A stretch of 64,000 nt of DNA from Gammaproteobacteria bacterium (GTDB lineage Bacteria > Pseudomonadota > Gammaproteobacteria > GCA-001735895): positions 91,483 to 155,482 of the forward strand of contig JBNKUM010000024.1 in NCBI GenBank assembly GCA_050298595.1, given 5' to 3'. The notes beneath the pieces were generated by a model. That model worked only from the letters and a program-made list of their open reading frames with translations, was not told the origin of the DNA and ran no database searches. Positions within the stretch are counted from its first letter, which is position 1, and each line of letters starts with the position of its first letter. Position numbers and translations under genes: made by a program. Below, in pieces: positions 11,915 through 21,355 of this stretch.

Positions 11915-11944
11915 CTTTCCTTATCAAGAGCTGGAACGACGCTG

Positions 11945-12026
11945 TGGGCTGCTGGTGGGCTTCTCGAAGAGTGCGCTGCCGTTTATGAGATGAAAAACAC
12001 TTCCGTAGAAGTTAATCAGCAGCCCA
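11945..12026. repeat. Small element with terminal inverted repeats
   Basis: tgggctgctg...cagcagccca 10-bp perfect IR, extended imperfectly inward (cttct..gtg / cac..agaag). Confidence 0.5.
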
Positions 12027-12057
12027 TCTTAATATGCATTTTATTTAGAGCGCTACA

Positions 12058-13932
12058 CTAGAGCTCTCGAACCAGCCGGATACCTACGTTGTACTGGCCT
12101 GAATTACTTGGGAAAGTCTCTCGATTCTCTACGCGCATGGATGAAGCAGGGCTACGGAAAGCGCCCCCCCGAACCACACGTACACTACAGTCACCACCTT
12201 CCCAAATCGACCCGTCATCAGGAGCTCCATCATAGTTTCGGTGATAACAGTCGTACACCCATTCATAAAGGTTACCCGCAGTATCAAATAAACCAAAGGC
12301 ATTCGGCTTATAGGAGCCGACCTTAGCCGGCTTACTGGTAGTTAATTCAGATTCACAGTCATAGCAATGCGCATTACCTTTACCCTTATCGCTACCCCAC
12401 CAATATGTAGTTCTCTTTCCACCACGAGCAGCGTATTCCCACTCCGCTTCAGAAGGTAAACGATACTTCTTACCGGTCTGTTTACTTAGCCAGCTTGCAT
12501 AGGCTAAAGCATTTTCCCAGGAAACATTATTCACTGGATGGGTTTTACGATCCAAACCTGAGCTATCGGGTCTCAGTTTTTGAGTAGCCCTGGCGAATAC
12601 ATCATATTCAGCATAAGTCACCTCATAGATAGACATAGCGAATGCTCGAACCTTAACCTCATGACGAGGGGCTTCATCGGGTGAAATCAGGCCTGAAACA
12701 TTCCCCATCAGGAAGCTGCCAGCTGGCAGGGCAATCATTTTCGGCCCACGCCCACCAATTTTGAGGCGATCTGTGAACGGTTTTGAGAGGTTGACATACT
12801 CTTCCTGCATCAGCGGTTCTGGCGGCTGTACTGCCGGTTGCTTGACCAGTTCACGTCGTGGGGTTTTGACTTCAGGAACAGCCACTGGCGGCGGAGGCTC
12901 AACTGGTTTAGGTGTAGGTGTAGGTGTAGGTGTAGGTGCTATTTGCTCTTCAAGCTCAGTCATAACCTGTCCAATCATGCTATCCAGCATACCTTGCTGC
13001 CAGGCATAGTATCCAGCGCTGGCGATGACCAAAATCAGAATAAATTTAAGCAGCCCAGAAAATGACTTCTTCTCTTTCGGTGGCTCATAATTATATGAGG
13101 TATCGATGTCTGGGCTGGAGCGGGATAACGATTCTCTGGTAGCAGCGGTAACAGCCTCCTGCGGTATCGCCTTTTTCTTAATATCCACCACGATGATGGT
13201 GGTATTATCCTGATTGATCTTATTCGCTTCTTCTACAGCCTTGAGCAAAGCATAGACACATTCACGTGCGGTTGCAGACCATGATGAATATTGAATAATA
13301 GCACCAGCACCCAGTGTATCCAGACCATCACTGGAAATGATTAGACGATCTCCTTCTTTCAGCTTAACGGGATGTGTTGGGCAGTCAATACTGCTTATTT
13401 CTTCACCCGTCATGGCGCTCATTAGCATGTTACGAGACATACCGGGTTGTTCTTCAATATCCATCCCCTGTTCGCGCATCATATCGATATAGGCACCATA
13501 ACTATGGTCAGCGTTCTGCTTGATCAGCTCTCGGTCACGAATCAGGTATAGATGACTATCACCCACACTAACCCAGTAGAGGTTATTATTTTCCAGATAG
13601 GCAGTCACCATCGTGCAGCCCATGCCGCGTAGTGCGGGTGTCTCTTTTATTGAATCCTTAATTTGCTGATTCGCACGATTAAGCGCACTGGATAAAGACT
13701 CGGGAACATCTTTACTGGGAAAATCACTTTGAAAAGCTTTATTGAATGTTGCAACCACCATATTGCTTGCAACATTCCCTGCTGCATGCCCCCCCATTCC
13801 ATCAGCCATAATGACCAACGAGCAGGATTTTCCCTCATCATTCTCGCCCAGTTGCGACACCATATAAGCATCTTCCTGGTAATCTCGTGCACCATCGATC
13901 TGGTCACTGGCAATATCAAATTCAACATTCAT
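12058..13932 (-). CDS. PP2C/PPM Ser/Thr phosphatase fused via a TM and Pro-rich linker to an FGE-sulfatase (SUMF1)-like domain
   Basis: PP2C: RDYQED, ADGMGGH, VGDS, SDGL, DNTT. TM LLKFILILVIASAGYYAW. FGE fold: YRLPSEAEWEYAARGG, NAFGLFDTAGNLYEW, GIRLVR. Confidence 0.9.
   Translation of the reverse strand: MNVEFDIASDQIDGARDYQEDAYMVSQLGENDEGKSCSLVIMADGMGGHAAGNVASNMVVATFNKAFQSDFPSKDVPESLSSALNRANQQIKDSIKETPALRGMGCTMVTAYLENNNLYWVSVGDSHLYLIRDRELIKQNADHSYGAYIDMMREQGMDIEEQPGMSRNMLMSAMTGEEISSIDCPTHPVKLKEGDRLIISSDGLDTLGAGAIIQYSSWSATARECVYALLKAVEEANKINQDNTTIIVVDIKKKAIPQEAVTAATRESLSRSSPDIDTSYNYEPPKEKKSFSGLLKFILILVIASAGYYAWQQGMLDSMIGQVMTELEEQIAPTPTPTPTPKPVEPPPPVAVPEVKTPRRELVKQPAVQPPEPLMQEEYVNLSKPFTDRLKIGGRGPKMIALPAGSFLMGNVSGLISPDEAPRHEVKVRAFAMSIYEVTYAEYDVFARATQKLRPDSSGLDRKTHPVNNVSWENALAYASWLSKQTGKKYRLPSEAEWEYAARGGKRTTYWWGSDKGKGNAHCYDCESELTTSKPAKVGSYKPNAFGLFDTAGNLYEWVYDCYHRNYDGAPDDGSIWEGGDCSVRVVRGGAFRSPASSMRVENRETFPSNSGQYNVGIRLVREL
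12911..12938. repeat. Coding hexamer microsatellite (GGTGTA)4 encoding the PT linker
   Basis: ggtgta x4 plus ggtg, in frame. Confidence 0.9.
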
Positions 13933-14072
13933 AGATTTAATAATCTCAAAGTACTAGCCGTACTATAGATACAAGTTAAAGTAATTTATAGAATAAATGC
14001 TAAATACTCAAACATCCTAATACTTAAGTCTTTATTTGAGACTTTTATAGTCTCAACTGTATTTAACGGTCG

Positions 14073-14495
14073 TTAATCCCTTATGAACGGCGCGTAACTT
14101 GATTGTTTCAACCTCTTTAATGGCAGAAATAAAGGTTGTGGTAAATCATACCAGTCAGCCCATGTCCAGTCACTGCAATCCTTATTACGCTGCAGATCGA
14201 TGTCAGCAACATTCAGACATTCCATTTGAAAGTACAGGCTGACCGAATGCAGCCCGTTATCAAATAGATTCCTGGTAGAACTGACCAGCTCTGCTGCTGT
14301 ACATTCCAACCCGTGAAATCTGTGTTGTAAGCGATAAACCGCCTGTTGTGGTGACTCAATGTTTTGCAGCCAGCCACCTGGTAATTGCCAACTCAGTGGC
14401 ATGGGTTGTTTCTTTCTTCTTCCTATGAGCAAATAGCTCTTGTATGTCATAATCAGGGCAATCCCGATTCGGGGAGCTGGATTTGAATCAGTCAT
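14073..14495 (-). CDS. NUDIX-fold protein (NUDT15-like) with degenerate Nudix box
   Basis: WQLPGG..E and W.W..W..LPQPLF motifs; REUXEE replaced by RLQHRF. Confidence 0.75.
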   Translation of the reverse strand: MTDSNPAPRIGIALIMTYKSYLLIGRRKKQPMPLSWQLPGGWLQNIESPQQAVYRLQHRFHGLECTAAELVSSTRNLFDNGLHSVSLYFQMECLNVADIDLQRNKDCSDWTWADWYDLPQPLFLPLKRLKQSSYAPFIRD

Positions 14496-14517
14496 AGGCT
14501 TAAGGTTTCCGGATTTT

Positions 14518-15315
14518 ATGCAGAGTTTATTGCAACTAGAAGGTCAAATCAGATTATTTTCCTTTCTTGGTATATTCGCATTGATGGCACTCTGGGAAAC
14601 CAGACAACCCTACCGACAACTGCGTTTTAGCCGACGACAACGATGGCCACACCAACTTGGTCTTATTGTTTTAAACAGTTTTATTCTACGCATTGTGTTT
14701 CCTACTGCTGCTGCCGGTAGCGCAATGTATGCGCATCAAAACGAGCTAGGGTTAATGCACCTGCTGGGGTTCAATATCTTCATTGAATCATTTATCGGGT
14801 TTGTATTTCTCGATTTTGCGATTTACTGGCAGCATGTAGTTGCGCATAAACTCAACTGGTTCTGGAAATTGCATCGTACCCATCATGCTGATACCGATTA
14901 CGATCTGACTACCGGCTTACGCTTCCATCCATTGGAGATAATCATCTCCATGTTAATCAAAACAGGGATAATTCTATTACTGGGTATTCCATTACCCGCA
15001 GTGGTTTTGTTTGAAATCGTTTTATCCGGCTCAGCCATGTTTAATCACTCGAATATTGCCCTGCCACATCATATTGACGCGATAGTAAAAAAGATCATCG
15101 TCACACCGACCATGCACCGAATTCATCACTCAACACATCGTTTTGAGCACGATTCAAACTATGGTTTTTTTCTATCCGTGTGGGATCACTGGTTTGCCAG
15201 CTATACCGAAAAAGCCAGTGAAGATGACCGCACTATGCCGATAGGATTATCCAGTTTCCGAGACAGGCAGAATGTCAGCCTGCCCCGGATACTGATAATT
15301 CCTTTTAAAAGCTAA
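14518..15315 (+). CDS. Sterol desaturase / fatty acid hydroxylase family membrane protein
   Basis: His boxes YWQHVVAH, LHRTHH, FNHSN and HRIHHS, plus SNYG. Start moved to ATG 14518. Confidence 0.9.
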   Translation: MQSLLQLEGQIRLFSFLGIFALMALWETRQPYRQLRFSRRQRWPHQLGLIVLNSFILRIVFPTAAAGSAMYAHQNELGLMHLLGFNIFIESFIGFVFLDFAIYWQHVVAHKLNWFWKLHRTHHADTDYDLTTGLRFHPLEIIISMLIKTGIILLLGIPLPAVVLFEIVLSGSAMFNHSNIALPHHIDAIVKKIIVTPTMHRIHHSTHRFEHDSNYGFFLSVWDHWFASYTEKASEDDRTMPIGLSSFRDRQNVSLPRILIIPFKS

Positions 15316-15320
15316 CGCCT

Positions 15321-15740
15321 TCAGGGTCGAATGTATGAATAGCCCTGCTGCTGCAGCTCCATGATGCGTAACACACCCGTCGGCACTACCTTAACGCCAT
15401 TGATCAACTGAGGTTTCTTGCCGGTTTTTTTCTCCACAGCGTTCATGGTATTGGCACAGGCACTGAAAGTAATATCCTGCATGGCCAGACTGGAAACTCG
15501 AGAGGCTTGCGTGCTTTCATTCGTCAACAGGCTTAGTCCTGGCCCATAAGCAACAATCTCGACAATGACATTATCTATACCCAAAGACTTCTGCACATTC
15601 ACTGCATTATTTAATGCCAGACGCTGTGTAGCAGCATCATTACTACTGACCTGAATAACGAGTTTTTGAGGCTCAGCTGATACGACATTGCTAAACATCA
15701 ATGCCGCAGCCACAAATATTGCTGCAATAATTTTATTCAT
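15321..15740 (-). CDS. Exported DsrE-like family protein
   Basis: Signal peptide; EIVAYGPGL, FSACANT and ELQQQGYSYIRP motifs. Confidence 0.85.
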   Translation of the reverse strand: MNKIIAAIFVAAALMFSNVVSAEPQKLVIQVSSNDAATQRLALNNAVNVQKSLGIDNVIVEIVAYGPGLSLLTNESTQASRVSSLAMQDITFSACANTMNAVEKKTGKKPQLINGVKVVPTGVLRIMELQQQGYSYIRP

Positions 15741-15877
15741 ATTAACTCCCCCCGGAATTATTGATTAACTATTGAAAACAGCATACAGGCATGTCGCTTT
15801 ATACCCATAAACAGTTAGACGGCTAAACTGTATGCTATATTCCCTGTCTGTTTATTAAAATCACGAAAACAACGACA

Positions 15878-16843
15878 ATGCTTGATACCTGGCCACTACT
15901 TAAAGACTCACAGTTCCCAGACATTCAAAGAAGTAAACTTGAAATCCTTCAGGTCAATCTGGGGTATTTGTGCAATCAAACCTGCCAGCACTGCCATGTC
16001 AATGCAGGGCCTAATCGAACAGAATTAATAAGCCAGAGCAACATTGATGATTTATTGCACATACTCAGCAATCAGGAAGTTCATACCCTGGACCTGACTG
16101 GTGGCGCACCAGAAATGAATCCGCTTTTCAAAGAACTGGTAGTAAAAGCAAAGGCGATGGGGAAAAAAGTCCTTGATCGCTGCAACCTAACTATTTTAAG
16201 CGAACCGGGTTATCGGGATTTAACTGGTTTCCTAGCTAAAAACAAGGTGGAAATTGTTGCCTCCCTGCCCTGTTATCTGGAACAGAATGTTGATGGACAA
16301 AGAGGTAAAGGGGTTTATCAAAAGAGTATAGACGGGCTCAAAATGCTAAATCAGGCAGGTTATGCCCAGGCTGATTCAGACCTGATACTGAATCTGGTGT
16401 ACAACCCTACCGGCCCCTATCTCCCGCCCGCACAGCAGCAACTGGAAAATGATTATAAAAAGTACCTGAGCGATGAATTTGGCATTCAGTTTAACCATTT
16501 ATTTACCATCACCAATATGCCCATCGCACGTTTTGGCAGCGGCCTGATTTCGCAGGGTAAATTTGAGGAATATATGAATCTGCTGAAGGATTCGATGAAC
16601 CTCTCCAATCTGAATGGCGTGATGTGCAGAAATCAGTTAAGTATTGACTGGCAGGGTTTTGTATACGACTGCGACTTTAATCAAATGCTGAACTTGAATT
16701 TGAAAAACCCTGAAACCGGTAACAATCTGCACATTCAGGATTTAGTGCAGATAGGAATCGAGAACCTGCCCATTCTGGTGGCCGACCACTGCTTTGGATG
16801 TGTCGCTGGCGCAGGAAGCAGTTGCGGCGGTGCTCTGGATTAA
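15878..16843 (+). CDS. arsS: ArsS-like radical SAM protein (arsenosugar biosynthesis / Cys-rich C-terminus family)
   Basis: LQVNLGYLCNQTCQHCHV (CxxxCxxC), DLTGGAPE, YDCDFNQML and C-terminal HCFGCVAGAGSSCGG. Confidence 0.85.
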   Translation: MLDTWPLLKDSQFPDIQRSKLEILQVNLGYLCNQTCQHCHVNAGPNRTELISQSNIDDLLHILSNQEVHTLDLTGGAPEMNPLFKELVVKAKAMGKKVLDRCNLTILSEPGYRDLTGFLAKNKVEIVASLPCYLEQNVDGQRGKGVYQKSIDGLKMLNQAGYAQADSDLILNLVYNPTGPYLPPAQQQLENDYKKYLSDEFGIQFNHLFTITNMPIARFGSGLISQGKFEEYMNLLKDSMNLSNLNGVMCRNQLSIDWQGFVYDCDFNQMLNLNLKNPETGNNLHIQDLVQIGIENLPILVADHCFGCVAGAGSSCGGALD

Positions 16844-16861
16844 ATCCACGCCAATCTATTT

Positions 16862-17533
16862 ATGCGTTTCAGCATTATCATCCCGACACTTAACGAATCC
16901 AGCAACCTGTGCTATGCATTAGAGCAATTGCTGGACAGTATCGAATGCCTTTCTGAGGTTGAGATTATGATCAGTGATGGTGGTAGTAGCGATGACACCA
17001 TTCAACTAGCCACGCAATACCCGGTCAAGCTGATCAATGCAGCAAAAGGTCGAGCCCGTCAGATGAACGCCGGAGCGCAACATAGCACTGGCGACTGGCT
17101 GGTTTTTCTGCATGCCGATACACGCTTACCCGATAACTGGATGGCATTGATAGCGCGTACCGAATCAACCTGGGGACGCTTCGATATTCGCTTAAGCGGC
17201 AGCCACTGGATGCTGAGAATCATCGAGAAGGCGATCAATCTGCGTTCGCGTAAAACCTCAATAGCTACCGGTGATCAGGCATTATTTTTCCAGCGTGATT
17301 TTTTTAACCAGCTCGGAGGCTTTCCCGATATCCCACTGATGGAAGATATCGCAATGAGCAGTCAGGCTCGAAAGATAAGTACACCCGCCTGTATCAGGCA
17401 GGTAGCAATTACATCCAGCCGACGCTGGGAGCAAAACGGTATTCTGCGCACCATATTACTGATGTGGATGATACGATTTGCTTACTGGCTAGGCGTCAAA
17501 CCCGACACGCTGCGCCGAATTTATTACCCCTGA
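16862..17533 (+). CDS. GT2 glycosyltransferase, rSAM-associated (TIGR04283-like)
   Basis: SIIIPTLNE, DGGSSD, GRARQMNAGA, FLHAD, GDQ, LMED and TSSRRW motifs. Confidence 0.9.
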   Translation: MRFSIIIPTLNESSNLCYALEQLLDSIECLSEVEIMISDGGSSDDTIQLATQYPVKLINAAKGRARQMNAGAQHSTGDWLVFLHADTRLPDNWMALIARTESTWGRFDIRLSGSHWMLRIIEKAINLRSRKTSIATGDQALFFQRDFFNQLGGFPDIPLMEDIAMSSQARKISTPACIRQVAITSSRRWEQNGILRTILLMWMIRFAYWLGVKPDTLRRIYYP

Positions 17534-17534
17534 T

Positions 17535-18143
17535 ATGCCCACAAAGCCAGACACTGTGATTCAACTATTCGCTAAACAACCTGTTCAGGGAGAGGTTAAG
17601 ACCCGCTTGATTCCGCAAATCGGTGAATACAATGCCACTGCCGTCTACCGATATTGCCTGCAATATAATTTAAGCATGACTCAGCAAACCCCATACGACC
17701 GGCAGATATGGCTTAATCGTATGAATGACGATGAAATATTTGCACAGCAGCCCTGCCATCTTCAACAGGGCAAAGACCTTGGTGAAAAGATGTACAACGC
17801 TCTGAGTTTTGGCCTGGGGATGTATTCTAAAACCATATTGATCGGTTCCGACTGTTTAGAGCTGACGCCAGAGATACTTGCCGAGGTCGATACAAAATTA
17901 TCAGATAACAATCTGGTGATAGTCCCAGCGCTGGATGGCGGGTATGTATTGATCGCTGTAAGTCAACCAATAGCATCCGATATTTTTATAGACATAAGCT
18001 GGAGTACCGATAGCGTATTAAAACAAACATTAACAAAATGCATGCAACACAAAATCAAAACCTTCATACTTGATCCTTTACGGGATATTGATCACGCAGA
18101 GGATTTGAAACGCTATCCCGAACTTGCAATCTATCTTAACTAA
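17535..18143 (+). CDS. GT-A glycosyltransferase DUF2064 (TIGR04282-like)
   Basis: FAK.P..G.VKTRL, QQGKDLGEKM, IGSDC, PALDGGYVLI and DID..EDL motifs. Confidence 0.88.
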   Translation: MPTKPDTVIQLFAKQPVQGEVKTRLIPQIGEYNATAVYRYCLQYNLSMTQQTPYDRQIWLNRMNDDEIFAQQPCHLQQGKDLGEKMYNALSFGLGMYSKTILIGSDCLELTPEILAEVDTKLSDNNLVIVPALDGGYVLIAVSQPIASDIFIDISWSTDSVLKQTLTKCMQHKIKTFILDPLRDIDHAEDLKRYPELAIYLN

Positions 18144-18153
18144 ACTGATACTC

Positions 18154-19164
18154 ATGCCATCACTATACCCTCTGATCAGGCCTCTGGTTTTCAATCTGGA
18201 TGCCGAAACCGCTCACGAAACCAGTCTTGAATTACTCAACAGCCTGCGTTATCTGATCCCTAAACATCGCGTTGAAAAACCAGTGAATGTGATGGGACTG
18301 GAATTTCCCAATCCTCTGGGGCTCGCTGCTGGACTGGATAAAAACGCTGACTTTCTACCCGGACTATCTCGCCTGGGGTTTGGATTTATTGAAGTAGGTA
18401 CCGTTACACCCAAAGCCCAGTCGGGCAACCCTAAACCGCGCCTGTTCCGTGTTCCGGAACATCAGAGCATTATTAATCGCATGGGCTTCAACAATCGCGG
18501 TGTCGACTACCTGTTACACAATATCCGGCAACAGGAAAATCGTGATTATGTACTGGGTATCAATATCGGCAAAAACCTGACCACCTCGATAGATAATGCG
18601 CTTGATGACTATAACAATGCCTTTTCGCGCGTATACCTGGATGCTGATTACATCACCATCAATATTTCCTCACCTAACACTCCAGGATTGCGTAATCTGC
18701 AGGGTGAAGATGCACTTAAAGATTTGCTTTCGGGAATAGACCAATGTCGTATGGCGCTTCAGGATGTGCATCAGGTTAATCGACCCATAGCTCTAAAAAT
18801 TGCTCCCGACCTGGATACGCGTGCAATACAGCCAATATCCGATCTACTGGTCAAATACAATGTTGATGCGCTGATAGCGACCAATACAACACTGGATCGC
18901 GGCCAAATTATCGATCATCCATTAGCAACGCAAACCGGTGGATTAAGCGGCAGCGCACTCACCGAAAAATCCCGTACCATCCTGTATCAATTCCACCAGC
19001 AACTGCAGAATGAAATTCCAATCATATCCTCTGGTGGCATAGATAGTGCTGAAGAAGCCCAACTACGACTCGATCTGGGTGCCAAATTAATTCAAATCTA
19101 CAGCGCATTAATTTTTCAGGGACCGGGACTAGTTCGCAAAATTACAAATTCAATCACTCTATAG
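18154..19164 (+). CDS. pyrD: Quinone-dependent dihydroorotate dehydrogenase
   Basis: GLAAGLDKN, NRMGFNN, NISSPNTPGLR, KIAPD and GGLSG motifs. Confidence 0.97.
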   Translation: MPSLYPLIRPLVFNLDAETAHETSLELLNSLRYLIPKHRVEKPVNVMGLEFPNPLGLAAGLDKNADFLPGLSRLGFGFIEVGTVTPKAQSGNPKPRLFRVPEHQSIINRMGFNNRGVDYLLHNIRQQENRDYVLGINIGKNLTTSIDNALDDYNNAFSRVYLDADYITINISSPNTPGLRNLQGEDALKDLLSGIDQCRMALQDVHQVNRPIALKIAPDLDTRAIQPISDLLVKYNVDALIATNTTLDRGQIIDHPLATQTGGLSGSALTEKSRTILYQFHQQLQNEIPIISSGGIDSAEEAQLRLDLGAKLIQIYSALIFQGPGLVRKITNSITL

Positions 19165-19230
19165 TAGTTTTTATTTGAAACTTTATGCTAAGGTTAGTGT
19201 CTTAACTTAAATTAACCTTAGGCATAACAC

Positions 19231-19629
19231 ATGAACGCCGAACAGATTGCGCAGCACTGGATGGATCAATGCTGCATTACCATCCAGCAATATGATCACA
19301 ATGCACATATGGACCTGATATCCAAAGATGTACAGGTTTTCGGTGTACCCGGTTTTGAGGTTATCGGTTATAACGACTGGTTTTCGCAATGCGAATACGA
19401 ATTCAATGAGAAATTGATACAGCAAGCCAGTTATCAGGGCTTGAAGATACGCCAGAGTAATAAACAGCAGATAATGTTTATGGCCAATGAAACCATAAAG
19501 GCAACCGAAGGCACAGTAGATACACATTCCATAGAGGTCGTATTAAGCAAGGAACAGGACGGTAAATGGAGAGTCACCCAGGAACGTCTGTTGAGTAAGG
19601 AAGAAGCCACTCATCTGAGGATAATCTAA
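19231..19629 (+). CDS. NTF2/SnoaL-like fold protein
   Basis: Length and pattern (HMDLISKDV...DGKWRVTQERLL) fit NTF2-like proteins. Confidence 0.65.
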   Translation: MNAEQIAQHWMDQCCITIQQYDHNAHMDLISKDVQVFGVPGFEVIGYNDWFSQCEYEFNEKLIQQASYQGLKIRQSNKQQIMFMANETIKATEGTVDTHSIEVVLSKEQDGKWRVTQERLLSKEEATHLRII

Positions 19630-20348
19630 TGGGTAATCTCGCAACACTATTAGATGCTCGAGAGTATTTTAATCAGCAACCAGAACAATTACAGGAATAC
19701 TTCGACCCTGCCTATCAGGCAGCATTCGCCCATATCATGCAGTCACTGGAACAGTTTTTTAATGTGACTGCCACCATCAACCACCAGGCTGCAGAAAATC
19801 AGCCCATTACACATACCGAAGCCACCGAGATTGGTGAGCATGGTTTTGTCTTATTGCTCAAATTGATCGACCTTATGGAAAAGCTCGACCTGCCGCATAA
19901 ACGTAAGGAGCTCGAACAGATATCTTTGATCTTTGCACGCTGGGTTATTCTGTATGGCGGCAAATTGAATCATATAGAACCGATTGTTAATGCTTTTGCT
20001 CAAAACGCTAATAATTTGCAGGATAAACAATCTCTGGTCGCTCTGGTAGAACTGATGGGCATGGTAATTGATGCGAGCGCAGACGAAATCAGGTATGACC
20101 TGGACAGCAGCAGCCTGTATCGCCCCTGGCGTTTATTGCATATCAATAGAGGTATCGTGGCAACACGTACCAACGATGTCAACATCATGAAAAAAGTGTT
20201 TGATGAAATGATTCTATATCTCCCACAGGATGCAGCCAGCTTTTTTAGTGAAGGGATGCAGGAGATGGAAGAGCTCGAATACCCGCAAAATGTGCGCAAG
20301 GTCATTAAACAGTATTACCTGCATCAGCCCAGAGTGAAGCTACACTAA
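19629..20348 (+). CDS. Helical hypothetical protein
   Basis: 239-aa ORF translationally coupled (TAATG) to the upstream gene. Confidence 0.75.
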   Translation: MGNLATLLDAREYFNQQPEQLQEYFDPAYQAAFAHIMQSLEQFFNVTATINHQAAENQPITHTEATEIGEHGFVLLLKLIDLMEKLDLPHKRKELEQISLIFARWVILYGGKLNHIEPIVNAFAQNANNLQDKQSLVALVELMGMVIDASADEIRYDLDSSSLYRPWRLLHINRGIVATRTNDVNIMKKVFDEMILYLPQDAASFFSEGMQEMEELEYPQNVRKVIKQYYLHQPRVKLH

Positions 20349-20383
20349 GATCAGCCATAAGCGTATCTGGCTTTTTCGTTAAC

Positions 20384-20610
20384 GATTTCATATTCGAAGC
20401 TGAGACCGATAATTTTCATCACTGGCACTGCAAAACTCCGATAAGGGACCAGTCCTCTTCCATTTCTGATCACCCAAAGCTGATCCGAGTTTTCGCCTCT
20501 ACCCCGTTCTGGTAAAAATGGTTGCCGAATACCAGGGCACCTTTCTTCTCATCAATCTGAATGTAGATAGAAATAAATCCATATCACGCGAATAGTCAAT
20601 CACCAATCTT
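20384..20610 (+). pseudogene. Decayed thioredoxin-domain gene (YbbN/CnoX-like N-terminus)
   Basis: Manual translation: DFIFEAETDNF/(frameshift)SLALQNSDKGPVLFHF*SPKADPSFRLYPVLVKMVAEYQGTFLLINLNVDRNKSISRE*SITNL. TGA at 20467 sits at the conserved Trp; TAG at 20593. Confidence 0.75.
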
Positions 20611-20650
20611 ATTGTTAGCAACGAGTTATGCAGCTCTGCAGCAATATTCA

Positions 20651-20756
20651 TCCTGGAATCCGCAGCTGGACGAGTTGTAGTGCGTTTGAGGTGGTGTAGA
20701 TCAAGGAGTTACAGTGCAGAGATACGCCGCCGCAAACGCACTGCGGATTCCAGATT
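20651..20756. mobile_element. MITE-like repeat, copy 2 (internally deleted, both ends, no nested module)
   Basis: Perfect 13-bp terminal IR ctggaatccgcag (20653-20665) / ctgcggattccag (20741-20753); inner IR; core shared with copies 1 and 3. Confidence 0.8.
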
Positions 20757-21355
20757 CAAGCTTTAGGCACCAGAGCAACCTCATCGCCATCAAATAATAT
20801 TTGGTCCAGTGAGGAAAACTGCTTATTCACAGTAACCGTCAGATTTTGCTTATGTAGCGACTGCGCCCAGTTTTCACCCTTACCAGACAGGTAATCAATC
20901 AGTTGCGACACATTCTGGATGGCATCATCAAGTTCCAGCTCCAACGATTCATTTCCTAATAGCTCAACCAGGCCAATAAAAAATAATACCTTAATCCTGC
21001 GTCCGCTGGATGCCTCCTCAAGCTGACTGAGCTGTTGCTGGTATTGTTTCCAATTGCCCTCAAATTGCTCGCTCAGCAGTTTCAGGGTAGACCACGAGTA
21101 AACCCCACTATCATGGCCATCATCAAATATGATACGAATGGCATAGGAGCCCACTGGTTCGAGAGCATTGATGTTGACATCATTTTTCCCACGGATGATC
21201 TGTCCGCGATTTTTTGCCGCTTTAACCTCAGCTGAAGGAGAGAACACTCGCAGGTATTCACAGGGCAGATGGTATTGCCCACCGTCGCTGAAATGAATTT
21301 CCAGTTCACGCGACTTTTGATGCAATGCAATATGGGTAGGTGTAATCTCGCTCAT
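20756..21355 (-). CDS. DUF971 (GBBH-like N-terminal) domain fused to a MoaD/ThiS-like domain
   Basis: LPCEYLRVFSPSAEV, PVGSYAIRIIFDDGHDSGVYSW, then IKVLFF...VTVNKQF...DGDEVALVP. Confidence 0.85.
   Translation of the reverse strand: MSEITPTHIALHQKSRELEIHFSDGGQYHLPCEYLRVFSPSAEVKAAKNRGQIIRGKNDVNINALEPVGSYAIRIIFDDGHDSGVYSWSTLKLLSEQFEGNWKQYQQQLSQLEEASSGRRIKVLFFIGLVELLGNESLELELDDAIQNVSQLIDYLSGKGENWAQSLHKQNLTVTVNKQFSSLDQILFDGDEVALVPKA

Noticed and set aside
12058-12760. FGE/C-type lectin domain as a diversity-generating retroelement target
   Set aside because: No reverse transcriptase, and I found no template repeat differing at adenines in the window.
12911-12938. Microsatellite as a phase-variation switch
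   Set aside because: The unit is 6 bp, so copy changes keep the frame and only alter linker length.
20467-20595. In-frame TGA/TAG as selenocysteine, pyrrolysine or stop-codon reassignment
   Set aside because: The TGA is at a Trp position, not a Cys, and the same gene has a frameshift. TAG and TGA end many intact genes here (rodA, pyrD, hisC).
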